A stretch of 64,000 bases of DNA from Lobosporangium transversale (GCF_002105155.1 NW_019028980.1:1674001-1738000), one strand, 5' to 3'; numbered from the stretch's first letter, positions 1 through 12,727 are shown. Made by a program: numbers and translations. The notes: a model not told the origin generated them from the letters alone.

Positions 1-691
1 GGCTAATAGGTGTGAAAGGACAATGCCTTAATGTTTGTGGTTTTGTGTAAAGATGTGAATAATTGGGAAAAGAAACCAAAGAGGGAAAATTGATCAATTT
101 GGATGTTTGCATGATTGGTCACGCCACTGATGCAATTGATAATGAAGCATGAAAGTAACAGAGGTGGAGAAAAGATAAACGGTTGCTGAGGCTGCTTCCA
201 ACCCAAGAAGCCTTTTCATGGAATAGGATTTGCAAGCAAGCCAAGAGCGTCTCTTAAACATGACTGACTCCCCTTCATTGGCGCTTCAACTTGAAAGAGA
301 GAGGGAAAAAAAAGAGTGCCAGAAGCCAACCTCTTTTGCCTTTTGGGAAATTACTCTCGACCATTTCCTTTCAAAATCTTTGTAGGCAGAGAGAGCGGCA
401 CCTTCATGACGCTTTATGAACTCATTAGTGAACTCTGACGCCCCGATATCTATAAAAAAAATATAATCACCAAGACTATGTGAACGGTCGCACATTAGGT
501 TTCTTTTAAAAATGCAGTAGTCATTCATGACGACAGACATCTAGACTGGCCATTGTCCTGCTGGCATATTTTTATTTTTGATTTATCATAACGAAGAGGG
601 GGACGCTTAAAGTAATAAAACCCATATCCTATGCGCACCTTTTTTTTTTTTTTTTTTTTTTTTTTTGACAGCTCCTTTGATGATACTTGAT

Positions 692-2266
692 TCAATTGAT
701 AAATTGGACCCCATGTAGTTCGAATATATCGGCAACTGAATCCGCAGTGCGTGGGTTCTCATCCAAATCACCAACCAATTGCTCGATACTAGGCCAGTGC
801 TCTACAATCCATATCGCTTCCTCAGGCCCCATCGCTTGATAACATTCATGGCTGAAACATAAAATCTTTAGGTTCTTCAGGCCTGCTAGTTCATCCAATC
901 CAGCTTTCAGTGTTAGGCCCAACGTCTTATTGGGGCCATCTGTAGCAGGAGCCGTTAAGCTGAGAGAACGCAGCTTAGTCAGCTTCCCTAGTCGCTCAAA
1001 TACGGCCCGCTGTTTCGTCAAGGCTTCTTCTTCAGATCTCTGATCTATATCCACCACTAATTCGAGTCCGAGTGTAGTTATTTCAGAGCAGACCCACTTT
1101 GTGCCATTCGCAATTTCCATCGCCGTGATCCTGAATGCATGCAGGGTCCTCAAACGAGGGCAATTAGATAAGATCGTTTGAGCAATACCATTTGCCTTGC
1201 TACTTTCTTGTACGCATTCCTTACTGGCAATCAATTCCCTGATTGTATCGCAGAGTCGGCCTGCCTGCGTCACTCCCCCTCTATTGGCAGAGCCATTCAC
1301 TCGCCCTCCTCTGTCTACTAGTAGTTCTTGGAGAGAAAGCCATCCAAAACAGGAGTGCGGGAGCATGAGGGCAATGACTTGAGCCATCTGCCTAAGAATG
1401 GCTGCCACTTCCTCGTCGCTAAGTGAGCATTCTAAATATAATATCTCCAAATGTGGAAACATCCATGGATACTGAAAGAATGCTGTCCTTGAGATAATAC
1501 TATTAGTGTCTTCTTCTTCTCCGTCAATGTTCTGGTTTTTAGTACTGATAGTTAGTGATCGTAGGTTTGGACACTTTCGAACTAGCATTCCCCAACAATG
1601 TGCTGTTGAATTATGACGAACGTAATCGATGTCTGCAATATATAGATATTGTATGTAAGGAAGAACGAAGCCGCTGTTCTCATTCACGGTATAGTGAGGG
1701 AACTGAAGAATATCTATGTCGCTCATAGTCAATGATCTAAGCTTCGGACAAATCAGGAAAAATAAATCGACCTTGTCGTCCTTAACTACCATGTTTGAGA
1801 TATTCAACATGCAAATATGAGGGCACTTTAAGAGTGTCCTCCAAAATTCTAATCCAGAAGGGTCGTTTGGGCCGTAATATGATAAGGAACATTGGATCCC
1901 TCGTATTGTCGAGCTGTGAGCCTCGATCAAACGATTAAACTTCGCCAGAACTGAAGGATAAGGATTATTTAGTAAAATGGCCCGTATGAACTGGAGACGA
2001 CTGCACCCTCTCAGTGACATGTATTCATCAGGGTGGTATCCTTCAAAATAGAGCTCCTTGATATACTTCTTATGGTCCTGAAGCACTTTGCCTACCGGAA
2101 TGATCCTCGTCTGTCTATGATTAAGGCGAACGATCTTCCATACACGCTCGATTAAGACCCTGTAGAAAGTGCTGGAGACGCGGAGACAGGTCACGAGGTC
2201 CCTTTGGTTGAGGAAGCTACTTACGTTTCCGATTATTTCAGGAATGTCTAATGGGTGTTGCTGCAT
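692..2266 (-). CDS. F-box/RNI-like leucine-rich-repeat protein (Mortierellaceae-type expanded family)
   Basis: Single-exon ORF. N-terminal F-box-like segment HPLDIPEIIGNVSSFLNQRDLVTCLRVS is followed by degenerate LRRs (CPNLRSLTI, CPRLRTLHA, LTKLRSLSL) and an LTLKAGLDELAGLKNL motif. Start placed at MQQHPL (ATG 2266); an in-frame ATG exists at 2299. Confidence 0.8.
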   Translation of the reverse strand: MQQHPLDIPEIIGNVSSFLNQRDLVTCLRVSSTFYRVLIERVWKIVRLNHRQTRIIPVGKVLQDHKKYIKELYFEGYHPDEYMSLRGCSRLQFIRAILLNNPYPSVLAKFNRLIEAHSSTIRGIQCSLSYYGPNDPSGLEFWRTLLKCPHICMLNISNMVVKDDKVDLFFLICPKLRSLTMSDIDILQFPHYTVNENSGFVLPYIQYLYIADIDYVRHNSTAHCWGMLVRKCPNLRSLTISTKNQNIDGEEEDTNSIISRTAFFQYPWMFPHLEILYLECSLSDEEVAAILRQMAQVIALMLPHSCFGWLSLQELLVDRGGRVNGSANRGGVTQAGRLCDTIRELIASKECVQESSKANGIAQTILSNCPRLRTLHAFRITAMEIANGTKWVCSEITTLGLELVVDIDQRSEEEALTKQRAVFERLGKLTKLRSLSLTAPATDGPNKTLGLTLKAGLDELAGLKNLKILCFSHECYQAMGPEEAIWIVEHWPSIEQLVGDLDENPRTADSVADIFELHGVQFIN

Positions 2267-3445
2267 GATGTCACAATGGAATTGTAATGAGTAAAGCATG
2301 AAAAAGATGATTTACAACGCTTTTATAATTTGGTGGCAACACGATTTTCCATGACTTGTTTTTTTTTTTTTTCTGTTCTTTTGCCTAACAATTCATTCAT
2401 TCATTACTCTCTGCTGCATGGCCAATTTGTATTGATATAATGAACTATCAAATATACTTCAGTAATGCTGTAATGCTACCTGAATTTTTATTCAAGCAAT
2501 CAAGGTAGTAAGCCGATAAGACAACTTTTTTTTTTCCTGTACGCCAAACAGATCAAGCAAACTGAACAAACAAACTCTATTGGAACTAGCACAGACCACA
2601 CGAGTCCAAGAAAAGATTATCCAAGGTTGTCAAGGCAGCCGGTAAGCAGAAGATGAAGCAGACAGAAATAAGAGCTTATTAGATATCTCACTAGCACCAA
2701 GGTATCAAGAAGAACTAAATACGATTCATTCGCAAGAGAGGACTGTTTTCAAAATAAAAGAAAAAAGAAAAAAATCCCAAATTGCAAGCACTCTTCATAT
2801 GAGAAAAAGGGCCCACAATGACTCGATGCTGTCGAAGGCTGGTGACAAAAGAAAAGAAAGCGAGTCACTATGCCTCTGAGAACGTATAAAAGGATCTCGC
2901 TTTCCTCTCTTTCTTGGTTCCTCACCGTAAAGCAGCAGGCAACTGTTCAACATGTTTCCACAAATTGATTGGCGCAACTTTAGCCGAGTAGCTCATGATT
3001 TACGGGGAGTGGAGTTGAAGCACAGAGGGTCTGCCCTGTCGGGACCCAGGTAGATCTCCTCTGAGTCTGCGCGTGCAACCAGACCACCTCCTCGCGGTGC
3101 GCCCTGCGCTGTCTGCTCTCAGTAGCAGGCAGGCGAAGAGTCTGGCAACTCTTTCATCATATTTATGCTATTCACAACTACTTGTCAACACTGTGGTATT
3201 CATGGTAGACATGGCTATATGGTCAACCCTTGCTCTTGCCTCCGAGTCTTGTCTTGGCAAGTGCGCCACCAAATTGAAACATGTGCACTCATCAATAACA
3301 TCTTCAGCCTTGTTCAGACGTTCTTTTCTTAAAGTCACTGAATGGACGCCTCCATTTGGACAATTCCATCGCAACATGCATCTTTAGCCATTGAACATTT
3401 CTGAATTAACTCAATTGCTCGAAGACATGAGCATTCTTGTTGGCG

Positions 3446-3476
<31 letters not shown>

Positions 3477-3838
3477 CATGCCCATTCCGGGCCACAGAGT
3501 TCTTACGAGCTTTCTGACACCATCACATGAGGCTCTAAATTGGCCAGTTTTTATGTCCTGCCAGAGAAAGCAAATACGTGACTTGGTAGCATTTACATCC
3601 AGCCGCAGAAGAGATAGTTTGAAGGAATAGCAAAGACAGAGAGTAGGGATCCTCAGGAGTAACTACACAAAGCTATCCAGCTTGGATATCCTGGACTAAG
3701 CGTTTAAAGAAACTAATCCTCCTCTTTCCAATACATTGACTGCCAGCCAAATCTTACCTATCGCACTGATGCATTAATGGACTTCCCTGACTAAGCTGAT
3801 CTCCTTCTCGACGGCCTCATAAAGTCAAGGCTTTTGTT

Positions 3839-6330
3839 ATCCAAATTGACAAGACGAAATACCTGAAGTTTTCCCTCAATTGATGCCATGATCCATGGCT
3901 GTTAGTGGTGTATTGCTTGTGGTAGTAGTATGGTATGGATGATGGTTAGGAGCAAAGACAGTAGGGATTGAGGGGGTCAATGAGCAAGGGCAGAATGGAA
4001 AGCTTTAAAGAAGGAAGAGTGTTAAGAAAGATGAAGATAAAAAGAGTTTAAGGGAAAGAGGGCTTCGACGAAGCCATTAAACAAATCGAAAATCAAGGGA
4101 CAGTTTGTCCCACCCATAGTAGATTCCTGCCAACTTGATGTCATTGCCATCTCAGTCGCAGACTACAGTTTTGTTCCAGGTCTGTCAACACTCCTTGCTG
4201 TGCTATCGCTTAGTGTTCTCAAAGAGGAGTTCCTGATCGTCGGTTCCATGGTATTTAACGATGGATTATGTACTAAACATACAGTGCTGGCTTCTACAAC
4301 AAGGGCGGAGCTTGTTCACTTAAAATGCTGCCTTTACCTCCAGCACAAAGGCCTGTGGATGAGGAAAAAAAAAAAAGAAGTCCGAAGGGTGAACAAGGAG
4401 GTGGCAGCTGTAGTTGGTGTGCTTGCGAATACGAATAAGTCTGTTGGGATGGATCTTCGAGGCGGCTTAAACAGGAGTCGCCAGTTTATTTGAACCAGTC
4501 TTTACTTCAGCTCTAGTCATTCATAACAAAGAGAAGTGTATAGCAGAAGCAGGCGCCTTGCATTCGACTTGATACTGAGCATTTGCTAAACTGTTGATAT
4601 TGACCATTGACATGGAGGATAGATCGATGCTTCTTCTATAGGGATGGATGCATGGTTGACACTTTTATTGGACTCATCCGTGGCAATCTGCAACTACAAA
4701 GTTCTACTTCTTACTATTCCGTTATCTCGCTGTAACTTTGATTTACGCAGTTTCAAGTTTGGGGATCGTAATGTGGGACCTAAATGAACACAATGCCTTG
4801 GTCGCGACAAAATGCTTGGAAGAGCCTTCAAACCCCACAATTGTGAATGTATTGCTCTTGGCTGTTAAGGTATCGTAGACATCGAGATCACTGAATGTGA
4901 CAGTAGCAGGCACAACATTGTCACCAATGGCCAAGTGTAGGTTTGGGATTTTTACAACTCCCACCAAGTCTCCAATATCGTTGAGCATGTTGAACACAAG
5001 GTCCCCCAACTTCATGCTAAGCTCCGAAGGGTTATGGATATTAATCATGGTTTCCGCTGTGGTGACGTCCGAGTCAGCATCCTTGGTGAGACTCACTAGC
5101 TCCACATACTCCATCTCTGGGAAGTTATTCAAACCTCGTATAGTGACGGGGCCTGAGAGGCCGACGTTAGTAACGGTTAGAGTCTTGGAGGAATCAGCAC
5201 CACTTGAAGCACTGTTCTCTGAAAGGCTAGGAAGCTTGAACCAAACATCAGTGTTCCCACCAACGGCAAATGTATGTGAGGGTTTGGTTATCAGATTCGC
5301 GATAAAGTTGATGAATCCATCCTCATGTCCTGGTATAACGTTTAAAGAAGTCTTCGCAACCGGGACCATGAGAGTGCTACCTTGGACCTCGGCAGAGACG
5401 CTTGGAAACTCTAACCTACCGACTGCGACACCATTGTCCTTTTGTTGGAAAGAGAGAAAAGAGGAAGAATTGTCAAAGCTTTGATTCATTGTTCAGTCGC
5501 GGAGATGTCGAAATATGCAAGATATTTTACTTACAATGATATTTTGCTAAGGAACCAAAGAGGAGAAAGAGTAAGAGAATATTAGCCGCTATTACTTTTC
5601 TTTTGATGACCTCGCAGTGGTCCTTGTAGGGAAACAGGTCATCTACTTACATGAGCAGCAATCTTGCTTATAGGCCAACTGATTCCAGGGAACGAGGCCA
5701 ATTTCACCTTCAGATTTGGTAAGGCCACAGGCATAGACAATGGCTCAGAGCTTGTGAAATCGATATCGAACTCGCCAAGGCTAAACTCTCGGACAAAGCC
5801 GAAATCAGTCTATATGATGTTAAAGAAAAGAGAATTATAAATAACTCTATCAATATTGTATATACTCTACCTCAAAAAGGATTAATAACAAAAGGGAAGC
5901 AAAAGAAAAAATAACTTACCGCGGCAGCTGCAGCGCATTCTGGGGTCCAAGCATCTTCACCCTTCATGAAGGCACTACAGTATGAATATATAACCATGAT
6001 AAGTTTGCAAAGTAGTTTTTCCTTCAAGGTGATGGTATTTATCTATAAATCACAACTATAAATACAGCAGACATTTACCTCGCGAAACAACCGATAACTT
6101 TGGTTCCATCGATAACTCTCTTGGACATCGATGGCATTGCCAGAGCGGTGGCAGTGAATGCAATAGCGCTTGTAGCTAGGACTTGAGTAGAGACTTTCAT
6201 GGTTGAAGGAACTGTGCTTTTTGTTGTATTTGTTATCTTGATTGAAGGGTGGAATGTGGAGGGATATTTATATCAAAATCACAAAAGCTAAGAGTAACCA
6301 GATTCTAGTTTGTAAAGAAGGGGTTAAAAA
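3839..6330. repeat. Segmental duplication, near-identical to 24643-27132
   Basis: ORFs 4200-4493, 4743-5489 and 4897-5484 translate identically to 25002-25295, 25545-26291 and 25699-26286 (offset 20802). The 3839-4297 part is also repeated at about 8717-9177. Confidence 0.95.
4743..6200 (-). CDS. Secreted DUF3712/LEA2-like beta-sandwich protein, copy 1 (5 exons)
   Basis: Exons 6200-6079, 5974-5920, 5809-5651, 5546-5535 (12 nt) and 5438-4743, all GT-AG and in frame. Signal-peptide-like MKVSTQVLATSAIAFTATALAMP followed by a KR site. C-terminal INIHNPSELSMKLGDLVFN...NLHLAIGDN resembles DUF3712/LEA2 domains (family assignment by motif recall). Confidence 0.75.
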
Positions 6331-7075
6331 AAAAAAAAAAAAAAAAAAAATAACACATAAGAATAGAATAGAATAGATTATAGAGCCACTTCTCCTCAGA
6401 ACTGTAGCAATGCTACTTCAGTCATTTACATGTACATTCCGACTACTTACTGTTCCGACTCCTGGGCTGTTAATCTAAACTGGCTTAAAGTAACAACTTT
6501 TATATGAAATTCCATAGTTCTAGCCAAATTGAGCACAGCAGTGGCAGAGATGCCACTCTCATTTCAGTTACCCCTTTGCGTTTAACCCTTGAGTGATAGG
6601 CTGTTTTGCTCCATATCAGGGTGTTAAGGTATTACCATTGGTCAAAATAGTTCTCGATCTCACCAATATACTATCCCCGGACAGAATCAACTCCATTTCA
6701 CCCAAGACGGCATTCTTAGTTCTGAATGGAGGGGGACAATTACGGTATCTACTCTACTTATCGCAATGTCCCCAACCTCATAGTTAACCAGCTCGTACTC
6801 GAGGCGTGTAGACCTTTGAAGCTATTATACAACCCCTCCATTGTCAAAAATAATGGTAATATGACTTCTTTTTAACTGCTCAAAGAATGGATGGCTAGCA
6901 GAAATACGGATATCTCGATCGCATATACACATTGCTAACAACAGTTTAGGATATAGCTTAAAAAAAGAGTAGAAATAAAAATGAAAAAGTATGGGATATC
7001 TTCATCTTAAAGCCGTAAGCATTTGTAGCCGGTCCAATGCTTTCTAGGCATGAACACTGACTTACTCTGAAGCAT

Positions 7076-8767
7076 TTAGGCATCAATGCTTCGGTTAACG
7101 TGATCCTTAGGAGCTTGATTCATTAAACTTCTGAGATACAGAGCATCAACGTATCCTTGGGAGCTTGTCTTTTGATAGCACTCGAGAGCTATCGAATAGT
7201 CTTTTGGTACTGCTTTATTGTGTTCGTACATATAGCCTAGGTAATACTGAGCGGTGTCGTGTCCTTACTTTGCTGTATTGAGATGCCAGTCAACGGCAAT
7301 GGAATAATCCTTAGGAACCCCTTTGCATTGAGCATGCATGTAGCCTAGGTCACTCTGAGCAATGTTTTTTTTTTTTTTTTTTTTTTAATTGACTGCCTTA
7401 AGGAACCAGTCAATGGCAACCACATAGTCTTGTGGAGCTTTGGCCATATGCGTACATGTAGCCTAGATTATTCTGAGAATTACCATCCCCTTGGTTGGTT
7501 CCTTTAGGAATCAGCCAACAGCAATCGAAAAGTCTTGTGTACCTCTGTACCTCGAGCATAATGTGGCCTGGATTGCTCTAAGCGACGACATTTGCTTGCT
7601 CAGCTGTCTTGAGGGACCAGTCTGTCGCATATTTCGTCTAGCTGCATATGAATATCAATACGTATAGACGTACAAAAAGGGACTTAGCACTACAGTCTTG
7701 ATGCTACAGCTTATTCAGTAGTCTTAGCGTAGCATGAAGGAAAAACTAATAAATACTTAAACGATGTGGTACTGTGCTCCCCATTCAATTCTCACTTATC
7801 TTCAACCTTGCGGTTATTATTGCCCACAGCTCATGGCTTTCGAATAGTCCTGTGAAACCCCTTTGCCCTCAAGGTGTATAAACCCCAAACTACTCTGAGC
7901 ATCATCGCCTCTTTGCTTGAATGCCTTGAGATACCGCCCAAAGGTTTTCGAATAATCCTGTGAGACTCCTTTGCCACGATCATAAATGTAGTCTTGCTTC
8001 CTTTGAGTAGTGACATTTAGTCCGAAGATCGTTCTGAGACATCTGTCAATGGCATTCGGTTTATTTCCTGAGCTCTCTTCGGGACATTTTGCTTGCGCTA
8101 GCCCAAGCGGTAGCATCCCCTGGCAGAGTCTGATAAAGTCGCAGAATCATGACTTGGGGGACCCTCTAAGAGAAGCTGTGTTACTGTTGAAGAGGCTGCG
8201 CCATTTTGTCTTCCGAAAAGATCCTCTATAGCTTCCTTGAAAACTTGGTGGTTATCGTTGTTACTTATTTTGACGGGAATAGAGGCGACTGCTTGACATG
8301 CCTCTGCGACTACTGGCTTTTTCATTCTTCCTCCTTGAACCATTGTCCGAAAGGAAATGGTTATATCCGGTACAATTTTTGGCTCGGTATGGATTCGGAG
8401 CGGCTTCGTACTACTTTGCACTGTTGGAATGGTTGTGTCCACATCAAATATCATTGAACATCAAAACGACCGTTATCACATTATGAGGAGTGCCAGCAGT
8501 AGACATTCACCACTATCATCAGGAGTATCATTATTTTTGCTGTCCTTATTATTCAAAACTATCGCTCATGAGAAAGGATAGAGTCGCTTTGCCTTTCTTT
8601 ATATGGACTGCATCTTTGTAAGCAGACACAATGCCATTCCAGCGGATGATATACCATTGTGTTTGACGGTCATACCGAGGCTCAATATTGTAAGTCTGAC
8701 ACTGGGATTGGTGGCCATCCAAATTGACAAGACGAAATACCTGAAGTTTTCCCTCAATTGATGCCAT
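7076..8767 (-). pseudogene. SEL1-repeat gene pseudogene
   Basis: Exon 1 (MASIEGKLQVFRLVNL...FLMSDSFE) is homologous to the intact paralog at 31669. The splice donor is mutated GT>AT (GAATA|ATAAGG). Frameshifts, a ~208-bp insertion and a poly-T run interrupt the SEL1 repeats. Confidence 0.85.
7622..7829. other. ~208-bp insertion inside a SEL1 repeat, possibly a small transposon relic
   Basis: Interrupts the repeat consensus GGACCAGTC|CATGGCTTTC. The ends CTGTCGCA...TGCCCACAG are weakly inverted. A diverged, truncated copy lies at about 24238-24350. Confidence 0.45.
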
Positions 8768-9795
8768 GATCCATGGCTGTTAGTGGTGTATTGCTTGTGG
8801 TAGTAGTATTGTATGGATGATGGTTAGGAGCAAAGACAGTAGGGATTGAAGGGGTCAATGAGCAAGGGCAGAATGGAAAGCTTTAAAGAAGGAAGAGTGT
8901 TAAGAAAGATGAAGATAAAAAGAGTTTAAGGGAAAGAGGGCTTCGACGAAGCCATTAAACAAATCGAAAATCAAGGGACAGTTTGTCCCACCCATAGTAG
9001 ATTCCTGCCAACTTGATGTCATTGCCATCTCAGTCGCAGACTACAGTTTTGTTCCAGGTCTGTCAACACTCCTTGCTGTGCTATCGCTTAGTGTTCTCAA
9101 AGAGGAGTTCCTGATCGTCGGTTTCATGGTATTTAATGATAGATTATGTACTAAACATACAGTGCTGGCTTTTACAGGATAGAGCTAGTTAAAACTAAAA
9201 AACTGAACAAACTGTCTTTACTGGCTCTAATGAGTAAAGAGGTATGCACTGATGCGTGTTGATGACCATTGATTATATATTTATATTGCGGGAGCAAGCA
9301 CGATTGCTTCTCAATGGTTCCTTCAGGTCTGCATTTTCAACTGGATTTTAATTGGAGTGACTACTACAATCGCCTCCCTGTACGATACCTTCTTATTGAT
9401 CGTTGCTACTGACAGTGCCGACAACAGCATGTACAGGCAACGATGGAAAAACAAGCACTATACTACGTTTAGCAGCTATGCTTTCTGCTTGCCTGACTAG
9501 GCCACCTACACTGAAGGAGTACAAGGAGCACTGCTAATCATTGTCCATTCCCCTTCTATTTTATTTGTGCCTACAAAGATGCTATACAGGCGCTCCTACT
9601 CTACATAGCTTCACAGCCATCGATCCCTGAAGCGCAAACTCAGTCTTGTCTGCTCCAATCGTCTCAATGACGCGCATCCATAGATCTCTATCGTACACCC
9701 TTTTTTCCCCATCAGAGCACCTTTGTATCCAAAAAAATTAAATTAAAAGCGATATCTAAGCCCCATTTAATTTGGGTATGAAATAAGGATTTTTA

Positions 9796-10322
9796 TAGGC
9801 TCGTCACCAGCCTGAGGACGAAGCGCACGTGTGTTTACACGTGCTGCAAGGCAAGCGTGCCTAAAAAGGCAACTGGTGGCTTGCTCTTGCAGATGCTTCT
9901 CTCTCAGGCTGGAATCAAAAGTCGACTATTAGCTGGCGACTTAAATTTTTTGAATTTTTTTTTTTTTCAAAGTCAAAATCATATGGAAGAGCGTACAAAA
10001 CACATGCAACTCACATTCATGCTTATATGGAGTCAATCTGGCATATATAGATCGGATACACATATACTTTTCAACATTAACTTTTATCTTTCTTTCTCTC
10101 TCTCTTACCTTTCTTCTCCCTCTCCCTCTCCCTCTCCCTCTCCCTCTCCCTCTTCCTCTCTCTCTCCCTCACCACCTCACTCTTCCCCTCGCCTTCACCC
10201 CTTCTCTCACTCTCATTGCGCTCCCATTGCAATCTCATTACACACCTGCTACACACTCATTACCGACCTGTAGTTTTCTCTAACATTTGCAAAAAAAAAA
10301 TTAATAAAATATTTTGCAACAT
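9796..10322 (+). repeat. Left terminal inverted repeat (527 bp)
   Basis: Reverse complement of 14852-15378. Homopolymer lengths (T13, A10) and the (CTCTCC)n tract match, and spurious ORFs 9857-10273 and 14901-15443 translate identically across it. Confidence 0.95.
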
Positions 10323-12678
10323 GCCAAAAAGCAAGAAACAGACGAAACGTGCCACTTCTTTGAGAGCCGTTTATAACGTGATGGCAAAGCATAGGCTTTC
10401 GCTGAGGGCTTTTTTGAAAGCCTCGTTAGTGTCGCAAGACTCTAATATTAAGCGTAAGGTTAATTTTTTCTATGCAAATGATGGTCCTGCAGAAATTATC
10501 GACCTGTGGCAGCGAGGCATTACGGACCCGGAGCATATGAAGAGTGCTCTTTCTGGTGCTATTGAATTTGTTCTCCATTCTGCAAAGGATGAGCTCAGGG
10601 AGGTTACAGCAGATAACACGTTGCGACTTCCATCTAATGGTGTTTGTAAGGAGAGAACCGATAAGTTTTCACTTCAAAATATTGCCAACAGATTTCAATC
10701 CATTGCTCCTACCGTTTATTCGCTCCTGAATGGCCTTACCAGAGCGAATAAATCAAGTTCCAGGGATGCTACAACAGTAGTTCCTGTCATTGCAAGTATC
10801 TTGGGCTTCTTATACAGCAACAGATGCAATTATCTTCAAATGATGACTGGATTATATATGTTTGGTAAAGGTGCGCCTGTCAAGCTTGTCAATCTTTTCT
10901 CAAAGGCAGGACTTTCAGTTTCTCATCCCACAATCATGAGGGGTCTAAAGGCATTAAGTACGGACTCACGCGATCGTATCCAGGCTACAGTAAGAGAAGT
11001 GCCTTGGTATATCGTATACGATAATATAAATATGGCGTCTCACAAGCACCATCAACGACTTGGAAACAGGGACATATTTGTAAGTGGAACTACAGCAACT
11101 GCAATCGTCTCAAATGTTGCAGCCGAGGAGGAGATAAACTTCAAGCCCACACAATCCCTTCGCCTACAGGACTTGATGCCTACTGATGACAATGAAGCTC
11201 ATCTTCGAAAAGTTTTTCAATACCACTTGGTCGGAGTTCTACTCCGAAATTTTAAAAGATTTGATGGGCAATCAATGCCAGCACCTACAAAGCACTTACT
11301 GACGCTCGAAAAGACGAAAACTTTTCCGCTTCCATCAATGCGTATTGACCAAGGAACGATTCGCGGTAACTTGGAAGTCTTGGAATTTATAACGGAAGCT
11401 GCGCTGGAACTCCCGCATGAATGGTTTGAGGGACGAAGAATACTCATTGCTGGTGACCAGCTGACGGTCAGTAGGCTCCGTTCATTGAAGGAATTACGTG
11501 CAGACGATATCTCATCATACCACCGCCTTGACTGGGTCATACCTGTCATTCAGTTATTCCATCTTCAAATGCTTCTGGCCTCAACAATTTTGCGTACCCA
11601 TTATGGCACTGCTTCAACACCTGGTTCAATTGCGTTCAATGTATCGTTGCTTGAACGAAAGAGGGTTTCCCTAGAGAAGCCTGATTTTCATGCCACAAAT
11701 GAGCTTCTCCGCGAGTCATTTGATGCACTAGTACAACGGGCATGGGAGCTTACTCTACTAAGTACAAACTTGGAAGAATTTGCGGAAGGTGTCTCCGATG
11801 AAGTACTTAAAATTGAACTCATGGCGAAAGTGGACACACTAATTGATAGATTTCTTCTGACTGGCTCCTTAGAAATCCTCGATGGGACCACATCTAGGAA
11901 TTCCGCCTTGTTTCTCCGTGACATGCTTTTTTACTTGGAGCTATCGTCTGCGATCAAAGCAGGTGATCATGGGCGCATTGAAGAGATTCTAAAATGGATC
12001 ACAATAATGTTTCAAGCCGGATCAACAAAAAACTATGCAAATGAACTTCTGCATCTACATTGCGGCTTTGCTTACTCCTGGTCCAAGCAAACAAAGGATG
12101 CCGTTAGATCTTCATGGCTAGTCAATACCACTGGCCAACCAAACCGTTGGATACCAGCAGACCTTTACCAAGAGCACAACAATTTATTGATCAAGAATTT
12201 ATTTAAAGCGAAACGAACCTGTGACCACTGGGAAATGGAGGAAGAGACACTTTCTGTCAATGTTCAGACTCTCGGTGATCTATCGGACCAAATGGAGATT
12301 GATTTTAATATTCCATACACAGGCACTAAACATGAAAATATGTCGATGAGCGATGACATCTCAGCAATCCACAAGTCATTAGTAGAGTATTATATCTTTG
12401 ACAACATACCTCAGGAGAAGAGGAATCATCCAAACTTTGGAAACGCCACATCAGTGGCTAATCTCCTCATAGAAGGCATAATAAAAATGAATGAAGGCAA
12501 GCGCATCCAATCATTCGTCAATTCAGTCTGTGTCCGGAAGCAGGGTGGGGATTTGAGCGTTGACAATGATATGAATGTAGATAATGAGACGGAGATTGAA
12601 GACGAGGAGGAAGATATGCAGGACGATATTGTTGGTTTTGATATTACTGATTACGTCCATGCGACCTGTGAACAATAA
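10321..12678 (+). CDS. Academ-type DDE transposase (DUF6589-like), ~785 aa
   Basis: Intronless ORF from MPKSKK (ATG 10321). Motifs YDNIN (D), GDQLT (D), QLFHLQM (H) and DLYQEHNN (E) fit a DDE catalytic core. Acidic C-terminal tail. Located inside TIRs. Confidence 0.85.
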   Translation: MPKSKKQTKRATSLRAVYNVMAKHRLSLRAFLKASLVSQDSNIKRKVNFFYANDGPAEIIDLWQRGITDPEHMKSALSGAIEFVLHSAKDELREVTADNTLRLPSNGVCKERTDKFSLQNIANRFQSIAPTVYSLLNGLTRANKSSSRDATTVVPVIASILGFLYSNRCNYLQMMTGLYMFGKGAPVKLVNLFSKAGLSVSHPTIMRGLKALSTDSRDRIQATVREVPWYIVYDNINMASHKHHQRLGNRDIFVSGTTATAIVSNVAAEEEINFKPTQSLRLQDLMPTDDNEAHLRKVFQYHLVGVLLRNFKRFDGQSMPAPTKHLLTLEKTKTFPLPSMRIDQGTIRGNLEVLEFITEAALELPHEWFEGRRILIAGDQLTVSRLRSLKELRADDISSYHRLDWVIPVIQLFHLQMLLASTILRTHYGTASTPGSIAFNVSLLERKRVSLEKPDFHATNELLRESFDALVQRAWELTLLSTNLEEFAEGVSDEVLKIELMAKVDTLIDRFLLTGSLEILDGTTSRNSALFLRDMLFYLELSSAIKAGDHGRIEEILKWITIMFQAGSTKNYANELLHLHCGFAYSWSKQTKDAVRSSWLVNTTGQPNRWIPADLYQEHNNLLIKNLFKAKRTCDHWEMEEETLSVNVQTLGDLSDQMEIDFNIPYTGTKHENMSMSDDISAIHKSLVEYYIFDNIPQEKRNHPNFGNATSVANLLIEGIIKMNEGKRIQSFVNSVCVRKQGGDLSVDNDMNVDNETEIEDEEEDMQDDIVGFDITDYVHATCEQ

Positions 12679-12727
12679 ACCAAAGAGATTCTGTTTGCTT
12701 AATTTGTTTATTGAATGATAAAAATCT

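Noticed and set aside
1..540. Short ORFs resembling retroelement or transposon relics (also ~2900-3830, ~9180-9780 and ~46900-47350)
   Set aside because: No recognisable catalytic motifs or termini; cannot be assigned without a homology search.
4897..5484. 195-aa plus-strand ORF (and its copy at 25699-26286)
   Set aside because: Antisense shadow of the spliced minus-strand gene.
9857..10273. 138-aa ORF and its 180-aa mirror at 14901-15443 with an SPSPSP tract
   Set aside because: Both are translations of the TIR and its (CTCTCC)n microsatellite, with non-ATG starts and no protein-like composition.
10216..10320. N-terminal extension of the 820-aa ORF
   Set aside because: It starts at TTG inside the TIR and is mirrored in the other TIR; the first ATG is at 10321.
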